The translations under genes were made by a program, and so were the position numbers. DNA of 63,272 nt, filler included, from Nemertoderma westbladi (lineage: Eukaryota > Animalia > Xenacoelomorpha), in the NCBI GenBank assembly GCA_032718475.1. It is 3 parts of 3 records of this genome, joined end to end, with 100 filler letters (N's around TTAATTAATTAA, not from the genome) between each part and the next. Parts side by side here need not be neighbours in the genome. Positions count along the whole stretch, not along the records: positions 46,280 to 63,272 come from JAUCBJ010003489.1; 2 more parts are not named here. One strand, given 5' to 3'. Positions 51,623 to 63,272 of this stretch are shown here, one piece after another; the first letter of the stretch is position 1, and each line of letters starts with the position of its first letter. The notes beneath the pieces are model-generated. The model worked only from the letters and a program-made list of their open reading frames with translations. It was not told where the DNA came from and searched no databases.

Positions 51623-53259
51623 CAATCTGAGCAGACTTACACGTCTTCAGCTCAATATTAACTTACATGTAAATAAAACCGACAGAAATAAGTAAAATCT
51701 CAATAAAAAACCAGGGCTGCAGTCCCTGATTAAATACTAAGACCTACCGGTATACAATAATCAAATCGAATAATACTAATGTACTTATACTGGAAGTACC
51801 GGTTAGGACAGTTGGGCCTACGGACCTACAGAAGTACCGGTTCTGGCAGTTGGACCTACGGACCTACAGCAGTACCGGTTCTGGCAGTTGGGCCTACTGA
51901 CCTACAGAAGTACCGGTTCAGGTTTACCGGTCGACCGGTACTTTCAACTTTATTGCTTACTGCAATAAAGACAATAAGTGTTATTGTACGCGCTTTTGAA
52001 GACCTTTAGCAGTTTAACCTGCCAAAATTTATATGTCTTTTGGTTTATAAATAGACTTTAGAAGTTGACAAATATTTAATACCAATAAACACAACATTAG
52101 CAGAAGCCAGCCTAGTGCGCGTCCATTCACCCGCTGGATATACCCGGGAGACTGGATTCTGAGGGCTTAGATTATTATTGCAGTGTAAGCTTACTGTATT
52201 ATTCGATTGATCGTTAATAAATAATTTCTGACTAATATTATTCACTTTCGGGAAATATTAACAGTTCCTTTAGGACGTGGCGCTCTATCTAGGTAAACAG
52301 AGATATGACTTATACTAATCACAACGGTAAGTCGGTAAGGCTTATGATTCACGTATGAGGCGCATTCTTTAGGAAATGCTTAGTTATCAGTCACAATCAG
52401 GCACACTACCGGTAACACACAATACTGCTCACTAATTTGCCGACCGTCAATGAATTTTATCATATATAAAGCGAACAGCAACGGACTCATGTAGTGCTTA
52501 TCAAATAGCATTAAATTCACTACAAACCACAACAATATAAGTCGCAATCGCTATATATAACCCGTCTCTCTAACCTGTAGTGTATCAAGAAAATTGGGAA
52601 ATTTGGGTTCTTTATAGATGTTCTCCAAATAATATTCAACCAAAACACAACAGTAAACAGCAGTATAATAACGTATGTTGAACCGATAATGTAAGACCGA
52701 ATTGAGATAAAATAAGATAACAGTTATACGCTCTATAATTTAAGCCTACTAATGTTTCTTCTAAAGTATGAAAACGAATTGACTCTAGAGCCGGTGTTCC
52801 TGGCCTAGATAGAAAAAACACAACAGTATCAAGAAAAAACAGTAAGACTGAACACTCCTAGCATGATCTGCCAAAAAGCTCCACATCGACAGAAAAAATC
52901 GCTCTGATTGGCTGTTACGCTAAACAAAGAACCATGTGTCCAATGGCCGTTTCCATGTCAGCAACCAGCTGTTAGATGTCGTAATCTGAATCATCAAGGC
53001 TAAGCTGTGCCAGGGTATTTGGTGCATTGCGGGTTTTTTGCCTTACCATGTCCGCCAAAGCACACATATAGAAGAATGACGTTTATGTCCGTTAAAACAC
53101 CTATAACGGTACCTTGCGGGCGAGGGGGATATATATATAGTTAGAGAGCTTTTTAGAGTATTCCAGCGCCTGGGGGGAAACTGGATTGCAAAGCAAAAGG
53201 GCCAGTTATATCCCACAGAAGCTTTTACAATTGGATTGGTTATCTCGGCAGCAACCAAA

Positions 53260-54010
53260 ATTGGTTTTTGGCAATAAAACAATCGAACCAGTTCCTCATC
53301 TAAAAACACTAGGGTGCATACTAGACAACAATATGAGTATGGAGAAACAGATAATAGCTGTCATCAAAGCATCAAACTTTCATCTTCGCAATATTAGTAG
53401 AATTCGAAAACATTTGGATGAACAACAAACAATCAGATTGATTGCCTCATTGGTGTTTTCGAGAATGGACTATTGCAATTCTCTCTATTTTGGATTACCT
53501 GATTGTCTTCTCTGCAAACTTCAAATGATAATGAACAATAGTGCACGTTTGGTTTTTCGGATCAGCAAATATTCTAGAACTCATGTGACACCATTACTAC
53601 AAAAGTTGCACTGGCTTCCCATTACATATCGAATTAAATACAAACTTGCTCTATTGACTTGGAAATGTTTAAACGCACAATCACCGGAATATCTTACAGA
53701 TTTAATCAGCTTACAGATTTAATACAAATTAACACAAAACCAACCCGTCAACAATATTAACATATATTAGTGATACCTTGGACCAATTACAAAACTTTTG
53801 GTGATCGCATCTTCTCAGCCGCTGCACCAAAAATATTTAACGGACTCCCACCCAATATTCGCACTGCTGCCACCCTGAGCTCATTTAAATCGCTGCTAAA
53901 GACTCATTTATACCGATTAGCCTTTCCCTCAACAACACCTTAACTCATTAATTGTTATGCGCATTTGACCTATAATTATTGTAGAAAGTTCGCTTTAGTT
54001 AAATATAACA
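53260..54010 (+). mobile_element. 3' fragment of an L2-clade LINE
   Basis: KTLGCILDNNMSM, SRMDYCNSL, HVTPLLQKLHWLPI, FGDRIFS..AP; frameshift from a 17-bp duplication near 53700; (ATT)n tail resumes at 57361. Confidence 0.88.
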
Positions 54011-57000
54011 AGTTTACAAGTATATTAAATAATAGGTTGTTAACTTACTGTGAATTTAATAATTTGCTAGCCGAGGAACAAAACGGATTCCGCCCAGGTA
54101 GATCATGTGAGGACCATATTTTCTCAATTCTATTATTAAGGACCATATGGATAAGGGTGAATCTACTTTTGTTGCTTTTATTGACTTCTCGAAAGCATTT
54201 GACTGTATAGATCGTGACCTACTTTTATATAGATTAATGTCCATCGGTATTGGTGGCAATATGTATCGGTGCATCAAATCCCTTTTCGCTGGAACTGTCT
54301 TGGCAGTACTTATAAATGATTATAAAACCCCTTGGTTTGCCACAGTTGGAGGTGTTAGACAAGGAGATAATATCTCTCCTACTCTGTTTAATATTTTTAT
54401 TAATAGTTTCATAGAAGAGGTGAAAGCCTCGGGCATCGGTGTTAACCCTATTAGTACCGGGCTATAAAATGTTGTACAAATACCGGGAGGGGGTCATATT
54501 GACCCCCCCCTCTAAAATCTACAAATATTTACGAAAACGTCTGATTTTTTGTTTGTACGTAGGTATCACTTGTCTGGATCCAACCGAAAAAAAAAATTTT
54601 CGAAAAAATGTACTGGGGTGGTTATATTGCAGAACCAAAATTACAAGTAGTGCACAATTTTCACAAAATTTGAAAGTCACATTTTCGGCTAATTATTTTT
54701 CAATACAGGTTTTTTGGGGTGCAAAATACATTGGAAAATATTTAAAAATGATATGATTACTATAAATGGCTGTTTAGTCCTCTCTGCGTAGGAAAAAAAT
54801 GAAAAAAACAAGTAACCAGCACTTTTCAGTTAGAACACAAAATTTTTAATTCACTTATACGATGCTATAAATTCACATTTTCAGGTTTTCGAGGGCGCTG
54901 ATTCTAATGGAATACATTTCTAATATGCCAGATCATTGTTACTTGTATTTTTCGGCGTAATTTAGCAAATTTTGGTGCTAGCACCAAATTTCGTACCCAT
55001 CACCAAAAAGTACAAGTTTGCGATGTCCAGTGCTGTTTTTATTGATTCCATCGGATTCAGGACCCTCATAAACCCGTATAACGCAAGAAACAAGGTGATA
55101 CTATCTACTTATCAATTTGCATATTTTCCAAAATTTGGTGCTGGCACAACAATTTTCACCCACCGGCGAAAAATACAAGTTTGAGAACTCTTATGAAATT
55201 TTTACTGATTCCATTGAATTCAGAACCATCACAAACCCGTATAACGCAAGAAACAAGGTGACACAATCAATTGATATATTTGATGGTTTTCAAAATTTGG
55301 TGCTAGCACCACATTTTGCACCCACATCCGAAAAATACAAGTTTGAGATGTCTAGTTCGATAATTATATTTTCCATTGAATTCAGAACAGCCATAAACCT
55401 CTAAAACGCAAGAAATAAATTGTCACAAGCAATTTTATATATTAAATGGATTTTCAAAATTTCGTGCTAGCACCAAAATTAGCACACAGCACCGAAAAAT
55501 ACAAGTTTGATACGCTTGGTTCAACTCGTATATATTTCATCGAATCCAGAACCTCAAAAAACCCCAATTGCGTAAAAAACAAGTTTCAAATAATCAATTT
55601 ACAAAATTGACTTATTTCAAAATTTGGTGCTGGCACCAAAATTTGGCACCCATCGAAAAAAACAAGTTTGAAATTTCTAAATCAATTTATATGAATTCCA
55701 TCCAATTTCTAACACCAAAAAACCGGTGTAAATCAAAAACCGAGATGTAACAATTCATATTTAATGAAATGTAATTTTCAAAAAACGTCTCAAAAAAAGT
55801 GCCAAAAGTAGGGTTAAAAAATGGTGCTATAACTCGAAAAGTACCCAATATTTTTGAAAACGGTTTTCACTACCATGAAGACAATAGATTTTTAGGAAAA
55901 GTCATAAAATTTCAGATTCCCAACTGCGTTTGTTTCAGAATTATAATAAAAAAACCACGGGGGGGGTCATATTGACCCCTCCCCGGGTTTAATAGGGTTA
56001 AATTTGGTGATCTATTAGTATCTATTTTGGTGTATGCTGATGATATAGCCTTGTTCGCGGCAGACGAAAATGACTTACAACAATTATTAGATCTTTTGTC
56101 TAGCTGGACTACTAGGTGGAAAATGTCTATAAATATTGATAAATCGAATGTAGTACATTTTCGTCAACCGCATAAATCTTGTACTAAATATAATTTTTCA
56201 GTATCCAATGGTGTTTTAGCTATTGTAAATAGCTACAAGTACTTAGGGCTTTATTTTGATAGTCATTTAACTTACTCTAAAGCAATAAATGTGCTAACGG
56301 GGTCAGCTAAGAGAGCTTTTGGTGCGATTGTAGCCAAATCACGTAGGGTTGGTGGATTCCTATTTGATACTTAGTAAATTATATACGTCGTGTATAACAC
56401 CTATTTTAGATTATGCTTCTGGTGTCTGGGGCAGTATTGCGTCATATGATATTGATAAAGTTCAACTTAAAGTGATGCGCCTTTTAGGCGTCCACATGTT
56501 CACTCCTAGTCTAGCCATTGAGGGTGACATGGGCTGGTCTTACTCACAGCACAGAAGGTTTCTGGCGTTAGGCCGTAGATGGAACCGGTTAATAGCCTGC
56601 AGTGATGAAAGGATCCAGAAGAAGATTTTTAATTATCAGTACGCGAATAAGTCTGGTTGTTGCAAACAAGTCTTTAATGTATTCAAATTGTTGAATTTAT
56701 AAGACATATACACTAGCTGTGCTGTATCAAATGTGATCTAGATAATTTAGATAAGCATTGTACAGACTATTTTTCAAATATTTGGGCGTCAAGTGTATTA
56801 CTTAAACCGAAACTGCGTACTTACAAGTTATTTAAAACGAACTTTAAGACAGAACTTTATGTTAAGCCCAAAATCAACCACAGTGAACGGTCAATCATGG
56901 CGCAGTTTCGGTCCGGTGTTTTGCGGTTGGGTATTGAAGTGGGTCGATATCAGGGCAAACCCTTAGAAGATAGAATATGTTGTATATGTAAATCGGGCGA

Positions 57001-57360
57001 AATTGAAGACGAAAGTCATTTTTTGTTTAAATGTGACGCCCTAGATAGGAGTCTCTTCCCACAAGATTTTTATGATGTTGAGAATAGCCAGAAGTTGAAA
57101 TTTTTAATGTGCAATAGTAAATAGTAAATACCAAGTAAATACTGCACGGCTGTTGAGGGGTTTGTACAATTGTAGGTGCGAAATAATAAATGGAAGAATT
57201 TAATTTGATTTGTATCTAATTTGTGATGTAAATTGGTTAATTGTGTATTATTTGGTAGTTAATTTGTATAAAATTCGATGTCTTATAAGCCATTGTTGGT
57301 TGGGGGCCGCTGTGCCCAAGACATTATAAATGATCTATTCATTCATTCATTCATTCATTC
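54011..57360 (+). mobile_element. Decayed 5'-truncated RTEX-like LINE, split by a MITE
   Basis: EEQNGFRPGRS, FIDFSKAFD, GVRQGD.ISPTLF, YADD, YKYLG, C-terminal RICCIC...EDESHFLFKC zinc knuckle; (ATTC)n tail; ATAACA duplicated at 54005-54010 and 57361-57366. Confidence 0.85.
54446..55997. mobile_element. piggyBac-like non-autonomous element
   Basis: TTAA TSD (54442-54445 and 55998-56001), CCCTATTA...TAATAGGG ends, GGGGGTCATATTGACCCC palindromes at both ends; removal restores GIGVKFGDLLVSILVYADD. Confidence 0.9.
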
Positions 57361-59835
57361 ATAACATTATTATTATTATTTATTTATTTTTTAAACTAAA
57401 TGAGTTCATTAAACATCCACCATTTTATACATCCATCACAGTGTTGTGGGTAGATGACCTATAATTACTGTAGAAAGTTCGCTTTAGTTAAATACAGTAT
57501 AACATTATTAATATTATTATTATTATTTAAACTAATATGAGTTCATTAAACATCCACCAAACATCTATCACAGTGTTGTGGGTAGCTGTAGGTATAATTA
57601 TAGAGTAGCTATTACAAGTTAATTAGATGTTGTAGGATTTTCTGACCATATATTGGTAATACTTTAGTTAGGCATGTAATCCACCCTTGCATACACACTA
57701 TCACTATACATACTACACACAGTCTCCCTATCAGCCTATTACACGGGTACTCTAGGCTACAGTAGTTCAATAGATGTAACCGCCAATTGCATTAGAGCGC
57801 TGCCGTTCAGCTTTCAAACATAACAGCATAAGCTGCTAAATAAAGAGTTGCCCTTCAGAGCACTGCTCAGACAGTCTGCCCAATGCTGTACAGCTGTATA
57901 GAGACCACTTACTGACTTACCTGCCAGCTGCCACTTAACTCAGCACTACTCCATACCAGCATACTGCCACATACTCACATAGGGTGTTTAAGCAGGACGC
58001 GTTTCACCTATCAATTACTTCAGGTGAATTGGTGGCAACCAAATCAGGTTGACACTTAAAAATTGAAATAAAAAAATAACGGAACATAAATTTAAAAAAA
58101 CTGATCACACAAATCTGCAAATGGTCAATTTTGACATTGGCTTTCTACTGACTGATTGATAGGCCTATAAAAATTAATTTTCCGTGTTTATGTATTTTTT
58201 TCCAATAGCAATTTATTTATTTTGAATGCATTTACGCCTACAGTGGGCAGGTGGGGGGAACAGAAAATTGTACAACGTAATTAGGTTGACGCTGATCAGC
58301 TGATGGCGTCAACCTAATCTGGTTGACTGTTATACAGTTATACACTATAGTATAACAGTATACAGGTATAGGCCTACTGCTGACTGCTATGCGAATGCTG
58401 TACTGTCAGACTGTAATATTAATAAGTAACATAACTGAATAATTAGCCATTATTAAAAAATCGAAACCGACATTCAGACATTGATTTCAAAAAAACCGGG
58501 CCGGTACCGGTTCGGCCAAAACCGGCACCTACCGGTCCGGTACCGGTGCGGGTGCACCGGTCAATTCCTATTGACCACAAAACCAAGGCCGCTATTGACA
58601 ATGACAATGTGCGGTGCATATTTCGGTGTGTTATGTCTGTATGTTATGTTATTAATGTCACCAGAACAAAAAATAGCATAAAATATAGGCTATAGGCCTA
58701 GGTCTGTACAATCCAGGTTGGAATTCATGCTGCAAAACTCGGACGCGTACCGGTACCTGCGCGAATGACCGTGAACCAGATGCGCGTTCGGGTGAGACAG
58801 GCAGACAGGTGCGCGTTGCGCCTCAACGCGCAGCTCTGATGCGCAGTGCGCACCACAAATTAATTGAAATCACGAAAATACACAAAAAAATTTCTCATTT
58901 CTCAAAGTTTCTCATTTCCCATTCTTCAAATAGTCAAATGTCTCTCTCTATCATTTTACCATAATACTGTAATACCGGAGCTGAAAATTTGTCAATTTAT
59001 TTTAACTACTACCAAGACCAACTACCGGTGACCGGTATTGTTATTATGTTAGCTTACGTTAGTAAACAGGTAAAGTCAGCAGAAAGTAACAATGTATTAG
59101 TACCGGTATTAGGCCTACCTATTACGTATGATTTATGACTTAATTTTATAACATGTAGGCCTATAGTATAAGCCAACTGTATGTTAAGCATAATAATTAA
59201 TAATATACATTTCACTGTCAAGTCTTGTTTTAAACATTTTCAGACAGGGGTTACCGTTTATGTCCCGCGTATTCACTGGGTTTTATTGCGGTGCCGTTGC
59301 ATTTGCTTACAATTAATTATATTTGTGTACCCGCTACAAGTGTAAGGCAGTAGTGTATACTACAGTATACACGTTTTGCATGCGTTTCTCACTCGTTTGT
59401 ACTATTTTTTCACTCTTTTGTACTTTTTTGTACAGATTCGTCGGACCGCAGCTGGACGGAGACCGGATTGATAGTCGACTTCTGCACTTCTAGCTAGGCA
59501 TGCTAGGGTATACTGGGACTGGGGTAATTTCGGACATAATTTTAATTTTTTACACTTCACCATTCACCAACCACCAACTGAAATTTTCAAATAAGATGCA
59601 CAATTTGTGTACGGGACCTCTCAGCTCTCGCTGCCACTCAGTCACTGTCAGATTGTATCACTCAGTCAGTTGATGGGCTTATTGCTGTATTTTATTTGTA
59701 TTTACCGGACTGTGGTACGCTGGTACCGCTACCTGTTGACCGATTTAATATTTCATTACTTACACTGTTTATCAATGCTATTCTGCGATTATATTATTAT
59801 TACAGTATTAATATCGTCATTGTGAACGAGCGAAC

Positions 59836-61734
59836 ATGCAAGATGCAACAATGTCTGCTGATAAATCGAATGCATCCGATTCTTCGGAGACGGGAGAAGA
59901 AGATGTGGTAGAAGGGTTCTCTGTGATCGGATTTAAATCGTTTAAAAAATCCAAATTAATCCCTCGGCGGATACGCTACAACCACTATATAACTAAACAG
60001 CGACAAAATAAGCAAATGGATACCGTTGTTAAACATGATACCGATCTTGCAGGGGAATCGTCAGCCTATGTTGTAAGGCCTATACAGGCTATAGAGGTAA
60101 CTGCTTCGCTGCCGAAAGTGTTGCCTGTTAGAGGAAAGCAAAAGTTTGACGTTGCCTCTATTATGGCCTCCAATTATACCACCGATAGTGAAGCTGGAGG
60201 AACCGCGGATGATACAGTTTCAGATAAATTAGTTGGGTCTGCCGGTTGTGGCGATATTGCTTACGATAAATCGTTAGACTGCAAAGGCAAACGCGTTATA
60301 TTACCGGTACCGGTACCTGTATCCAGTAAAGATATTTTACAGGAAAGCGAAACTGGTTCTGTTAACCTCAGGTTGGCACCTTCTGAATCTATGCCTGTAA
60401 CACCTACCACTACCGGTATATCATCAAATAGCGATGTCATTAATTCTCACGAGACTACAGGCAATGTTACCGGTAATAGCCTTAGCAGAGTTAATGTCAG
60501 TTCAATAAAACGTCCCTCGTTAGATTTTTCTAGCGTTGAGAAATTATTGAGTCCAAATAAATCGTTCAAACAGCCGTTAATTGCTTGTCGGACAGAGTTA
60601 AAAGATGAACGTCAAGTGAATGAACTAGGAGACCCTATTGGTGACAAATTATTAACGACCTCCGTGGGAAATGTTTCCAGTTTAAAACATCCTTTAGTTG
60701 TAACAACAACTTCCTCCAGTTCCATAAAACTGGCGCAAGTTAAACCGATGGTCCGCGCACCGAAGGGCCCACCACCACCGTTACGAAAGTCCGCCGCCGA
60801 CGGCTTGCCTCAGCAGCAGGACTCCCTCGGACCAAACTTCCCCGCTACCAGTAATCCATCTCGTATAGAAACTAATTTACCGCCCCCGCTCACATCGCTT
60901 GTTACGCGAACCACACCCACCCCTAAAACGACAGCGTGCCGTACCGAGTACCACCAACACACGCACCAACACTACCACCAACACACACACAGTCTGCCGC
61001 CCTCGGCCCCCCCACCAGCCCCCTTCCACCCCAACGCCCCATCCTCCAACAACCCCTTCCTGGTACCCCCTCATCTTTTCGGGATGGTTCCAACATCGAT
61101 AACCCCACCTGTAGTGGTCCCCCCTGCCTCCCCTATGCTCCCAACAGCGGGGGCGTCAGACCTCACGCAAATTACACCGCAGAAGAAACTACCAGTTCAC
61201 ATACGAATGGTCTGGTTTATATACCACCATCAACAACGCGAGCAAACTCTAGGCAAATCGTTAGGGTTGGCTCCCTTAACCCACCCAACAATCTCCCAAT
61301 CCATGCTCCCCCCAGCTCCCCCTCTCCCCAACCTATCAGCTGCCCCTTCAACCCACCCCACAACCCCCTCAACCACGCCGCTTCCATCCGGTGTCCACCG
61401 CCCCCATAGCGCGTTCTCCCATATAAAACCTTCCGAAGGGGGAGCCGCTCAAACGCTCCCCCCTTCTGTAATCCCTATGCACCCCCTCTGGGATGCCTCC
61501 CAGTACCACCACCATCCGGAGTCCATCCGTAACGAGCATCTCCTTCTCCTAGAACACGACCGCATGCTTCGTATGGCGCAATATTTCCGACAGATCCAGT
61601 CCCCCATGGTATCCCCATTCATTGGGAACGCCTCATCTTCCCGACTGTTTCCGTCACCCCAGTCCGGTGCCACGCATCCCCCAACCCCATCCAGTTCAAC
61701 TTTCTTCCCAAACCCACAAGGACCCGTTATTTAA
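59836..61734 (+). CDS. AUTS2/Fibrosin(-like)/Tay family protein, 632 aa, single coding exon
   Basis: EEDVVEGFSVIGFKSF, RTEYHQHTHQHYHQHTH (HX repeat) and HIRMVWFIYHHQQR occur in AUTS2-family order within Pro/Ser-rich sequence. Confidence 0.8.
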   Translation: MQDATMSADKSNASDSSETGEEDVVEGFSVIGFKSFKKSKLIPRRIRYNHYITKQRQNKQMDTVVKHDTDLAGESSAYVVRPIQAIEVTASLPKVLPVRGKQKFDVASIMASNYTTDSEAGGTADDTVSDKLVGSAGCGDIAYDKSLDCKGKRVILPVPVPVSSKDILQESETGSVNLRLAPSESMPVTPTTTGISSNSDVINSHETTGNVTGNSLSRVNVSSIKRPSLDFSSVEKLLSPNKSFKQPLIACRTELKDERQVNELGDPIGDKLLTTSVGNVSSLKHPLVVTTTSSSSIKLAQVKPMVRAPKGPPPPLRKSAADGLPQQQDSLGPNFPATSNPSRIETNLPPPLTSLVTRTTPTPKTTACRTEYHQHTHQHYHQHTHSLPPSAPPPAPFHPNAPSSNNPFLVPPHLFGMVPTSITPPVVVPPASPMLPTAGASDLTQITPQKKLPVHIRMVWFIYHHQQREQTLGKSLGLAPLTHPTISQSMLPPAPPLPNLSAAPSTHPTTPSTTPLPSGVHRPHSAFSHIKPSEGGAAQTLPPSVIPMHPLWDASQYHHHPESIRNEHLLLLEHDRMLRMAQYFRQIQSPMVSPFIGNASSSRLFPSPQSGATHPPTPSSSTFFPNPQGPVI

Positions 61735-61898
61735 TATTTATTAAGTATTTATTACGCTTTATTTCAATATTAACTTCACTCCGCGTTGTGAAGCTACTAT
61801 CGTCTTATAAACGGATTTTTTTTATTTGTATTTATAAACTTATTTCTAAAGGTATTTGGAATTAAATGCAGAGCTGATATAATTTGGCTATTCGTTTA

Positions 61899-62472
61899 CA
61901 TCATGTCCTGTAATCTTGTGTCTTTATTCAGGTACCTCCCCCCCCCCCCCCCCCCCCCCCCGTGGGTGAGCCAGAATTTTTTTGTTTTCAATATTTTTTT
62001 TAATTAATATTCTTTAAATTGTTATCAATATATTTTCGATTTAATATAGCTGAGATAGGGGCATTTAATGGTTGCATGGTTTTGCATCTGCGCGAGGCTA
62101 TTTTAGTCTACGTAATAGTATGATTAAAGAGGTGTTTCATTGTTGCACAGCTACGTATTGAATAAACAAAATGCTCCAGAATATGTTGTATTTATTAAAT
62201 ATAATAAAATAGCCTCGCGCCAAGTGCAAAATCATGCTAGTTTTTAACGCCCATATCTCAGCTATTTTATGGCGAAATTCTGATTGTGTTACATACTGTA
62301 TTGGGATTCCTTGCAAGGCCGAGGTCGCCTTTCCATCAGTAGCAACAAATCACTATAGATAACTGCGTTGTAATAGATTTTGAGAAAAAACAATTTTTTT
62401 TGGGGGGGGGAGGGTGTGGGGGGGGGGGTCAGGTACCTGAATTACGACATAATAATATTCCAGGACATGGTG
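61899..62472. mobile_element. Foldback MITE with TA flanks (Tc1/mariner-like)
   Basis: CATCATGTCCTG / CAGGACATGGTG ends, ATTCAGGTACCT, poly-C versus poly-G and GCGCGAGGCTATTTT versus AAAATAGCCTCGCGC nested inverted segments. Confidence 0.72.
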
Positions 62473-63272
62473 TATTGCAGTGTAATTAATTAACTGATTA
62501 TATTCCAGTAATCGTTTTTCGTAATTATCGAAATCTCCGATCGATGTGGTTTTGAATAACTAATTATCTTTGATCATTGAAATTCTATAAATATACGAAT
62601 AATACTGTATAATTATTGTCAAATATTTGTGGCGCAATTTATTTACTTATATGGAATTTAGCCAGGTGTTTCAACAAAAATGTAAGTATATTTATAACAG
62701 CTCTTCATTGCCAGAATGAAAATAATAAACAACTTTAAACAAAGATTCATTTCTGACTTGATTGTTGAGAATATTCTTATCGTGATAAAATCATTTTTGA
62801 TTTTATACACCAAAATTATATACTTACTTACATTATCAATTATGTAAAATTAATTTGTTATTTATCTATTAACTGATTTATTTATTACATATTAAATTAT
62901 TATTATTACTCATTGAACTGTGTGTTTATATTAATTCATTAACTTAGTAGTAGTCTGCCTGCATTATATTCAAATAATTATTTATTTAGACTATCATTGT
63001 TGGATGATAATTTTTACTAGTTTCGTTTAATCTGACAAAAAAGATAATAATGATAACAGTTACAGATAAATTTCATTGTACCATTTAATTTTGCATTTCA
63101 ACAGATGATCACTTTTCATCTAGTTTTCAGCTAGATTTCATTATTAACCAAATAGTTTAACCGCCTTTTTAATATTCTTGAGTTGCTTTTTATTGTAATT
63201 AATTACATGTTATATTTAAATAAAGTTTTTGTATAAATCTTGGGTTCGTAGCTATTAACTCTTTTTTTAATT

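Overview
Repeat-rich, AT-rich eukaryotic (invertebrate animal) genomic DNA, not prokaryotic. The window is three contigs (1-16528, 16629-46179, 46280-63272) joined by artificial 100-nt N/TTAATTAATTAA/N linkers, and it begins with a head-to-head amplification-adapter artefact. Recognisable host genes are an intronless NAT8/Camello-like GNAT acetyltransferase, an intronless UQCRB/QCR7, a two-exon ENKD1, the terminal exon of gamma-SNAP (NAPG, minus strand), a divergent two-exon CUL1-like cullin, and an intronless AUTS2/FBRS-like gene. The cullin apparently lies antisense inside a NAPG intron and carries a 1-nt frameshift near its end. The remainder is LINE fragments (RTE x3, L2/Crack, L2, RTEX-like, a probable CRE-like 3' end), a tRNA-derived SINE, a defective Sola transposon, several MITEs with readable TIRs and TSDs, many satellites, and an unidentified 792-codon reading frame broken by one TGA. 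The most interesting observations are the nested divergent cullin whose splice donor has been amplified into a 30-bp minisatellite, and TA-palindrome insertions (TACCGGTA, TACWGTA) that look like transposon excision footprints, some of them inside coding sequence. Family assignments are from recalled motifs, not database searches. No CRISPR array or clearly new biological system is proven.
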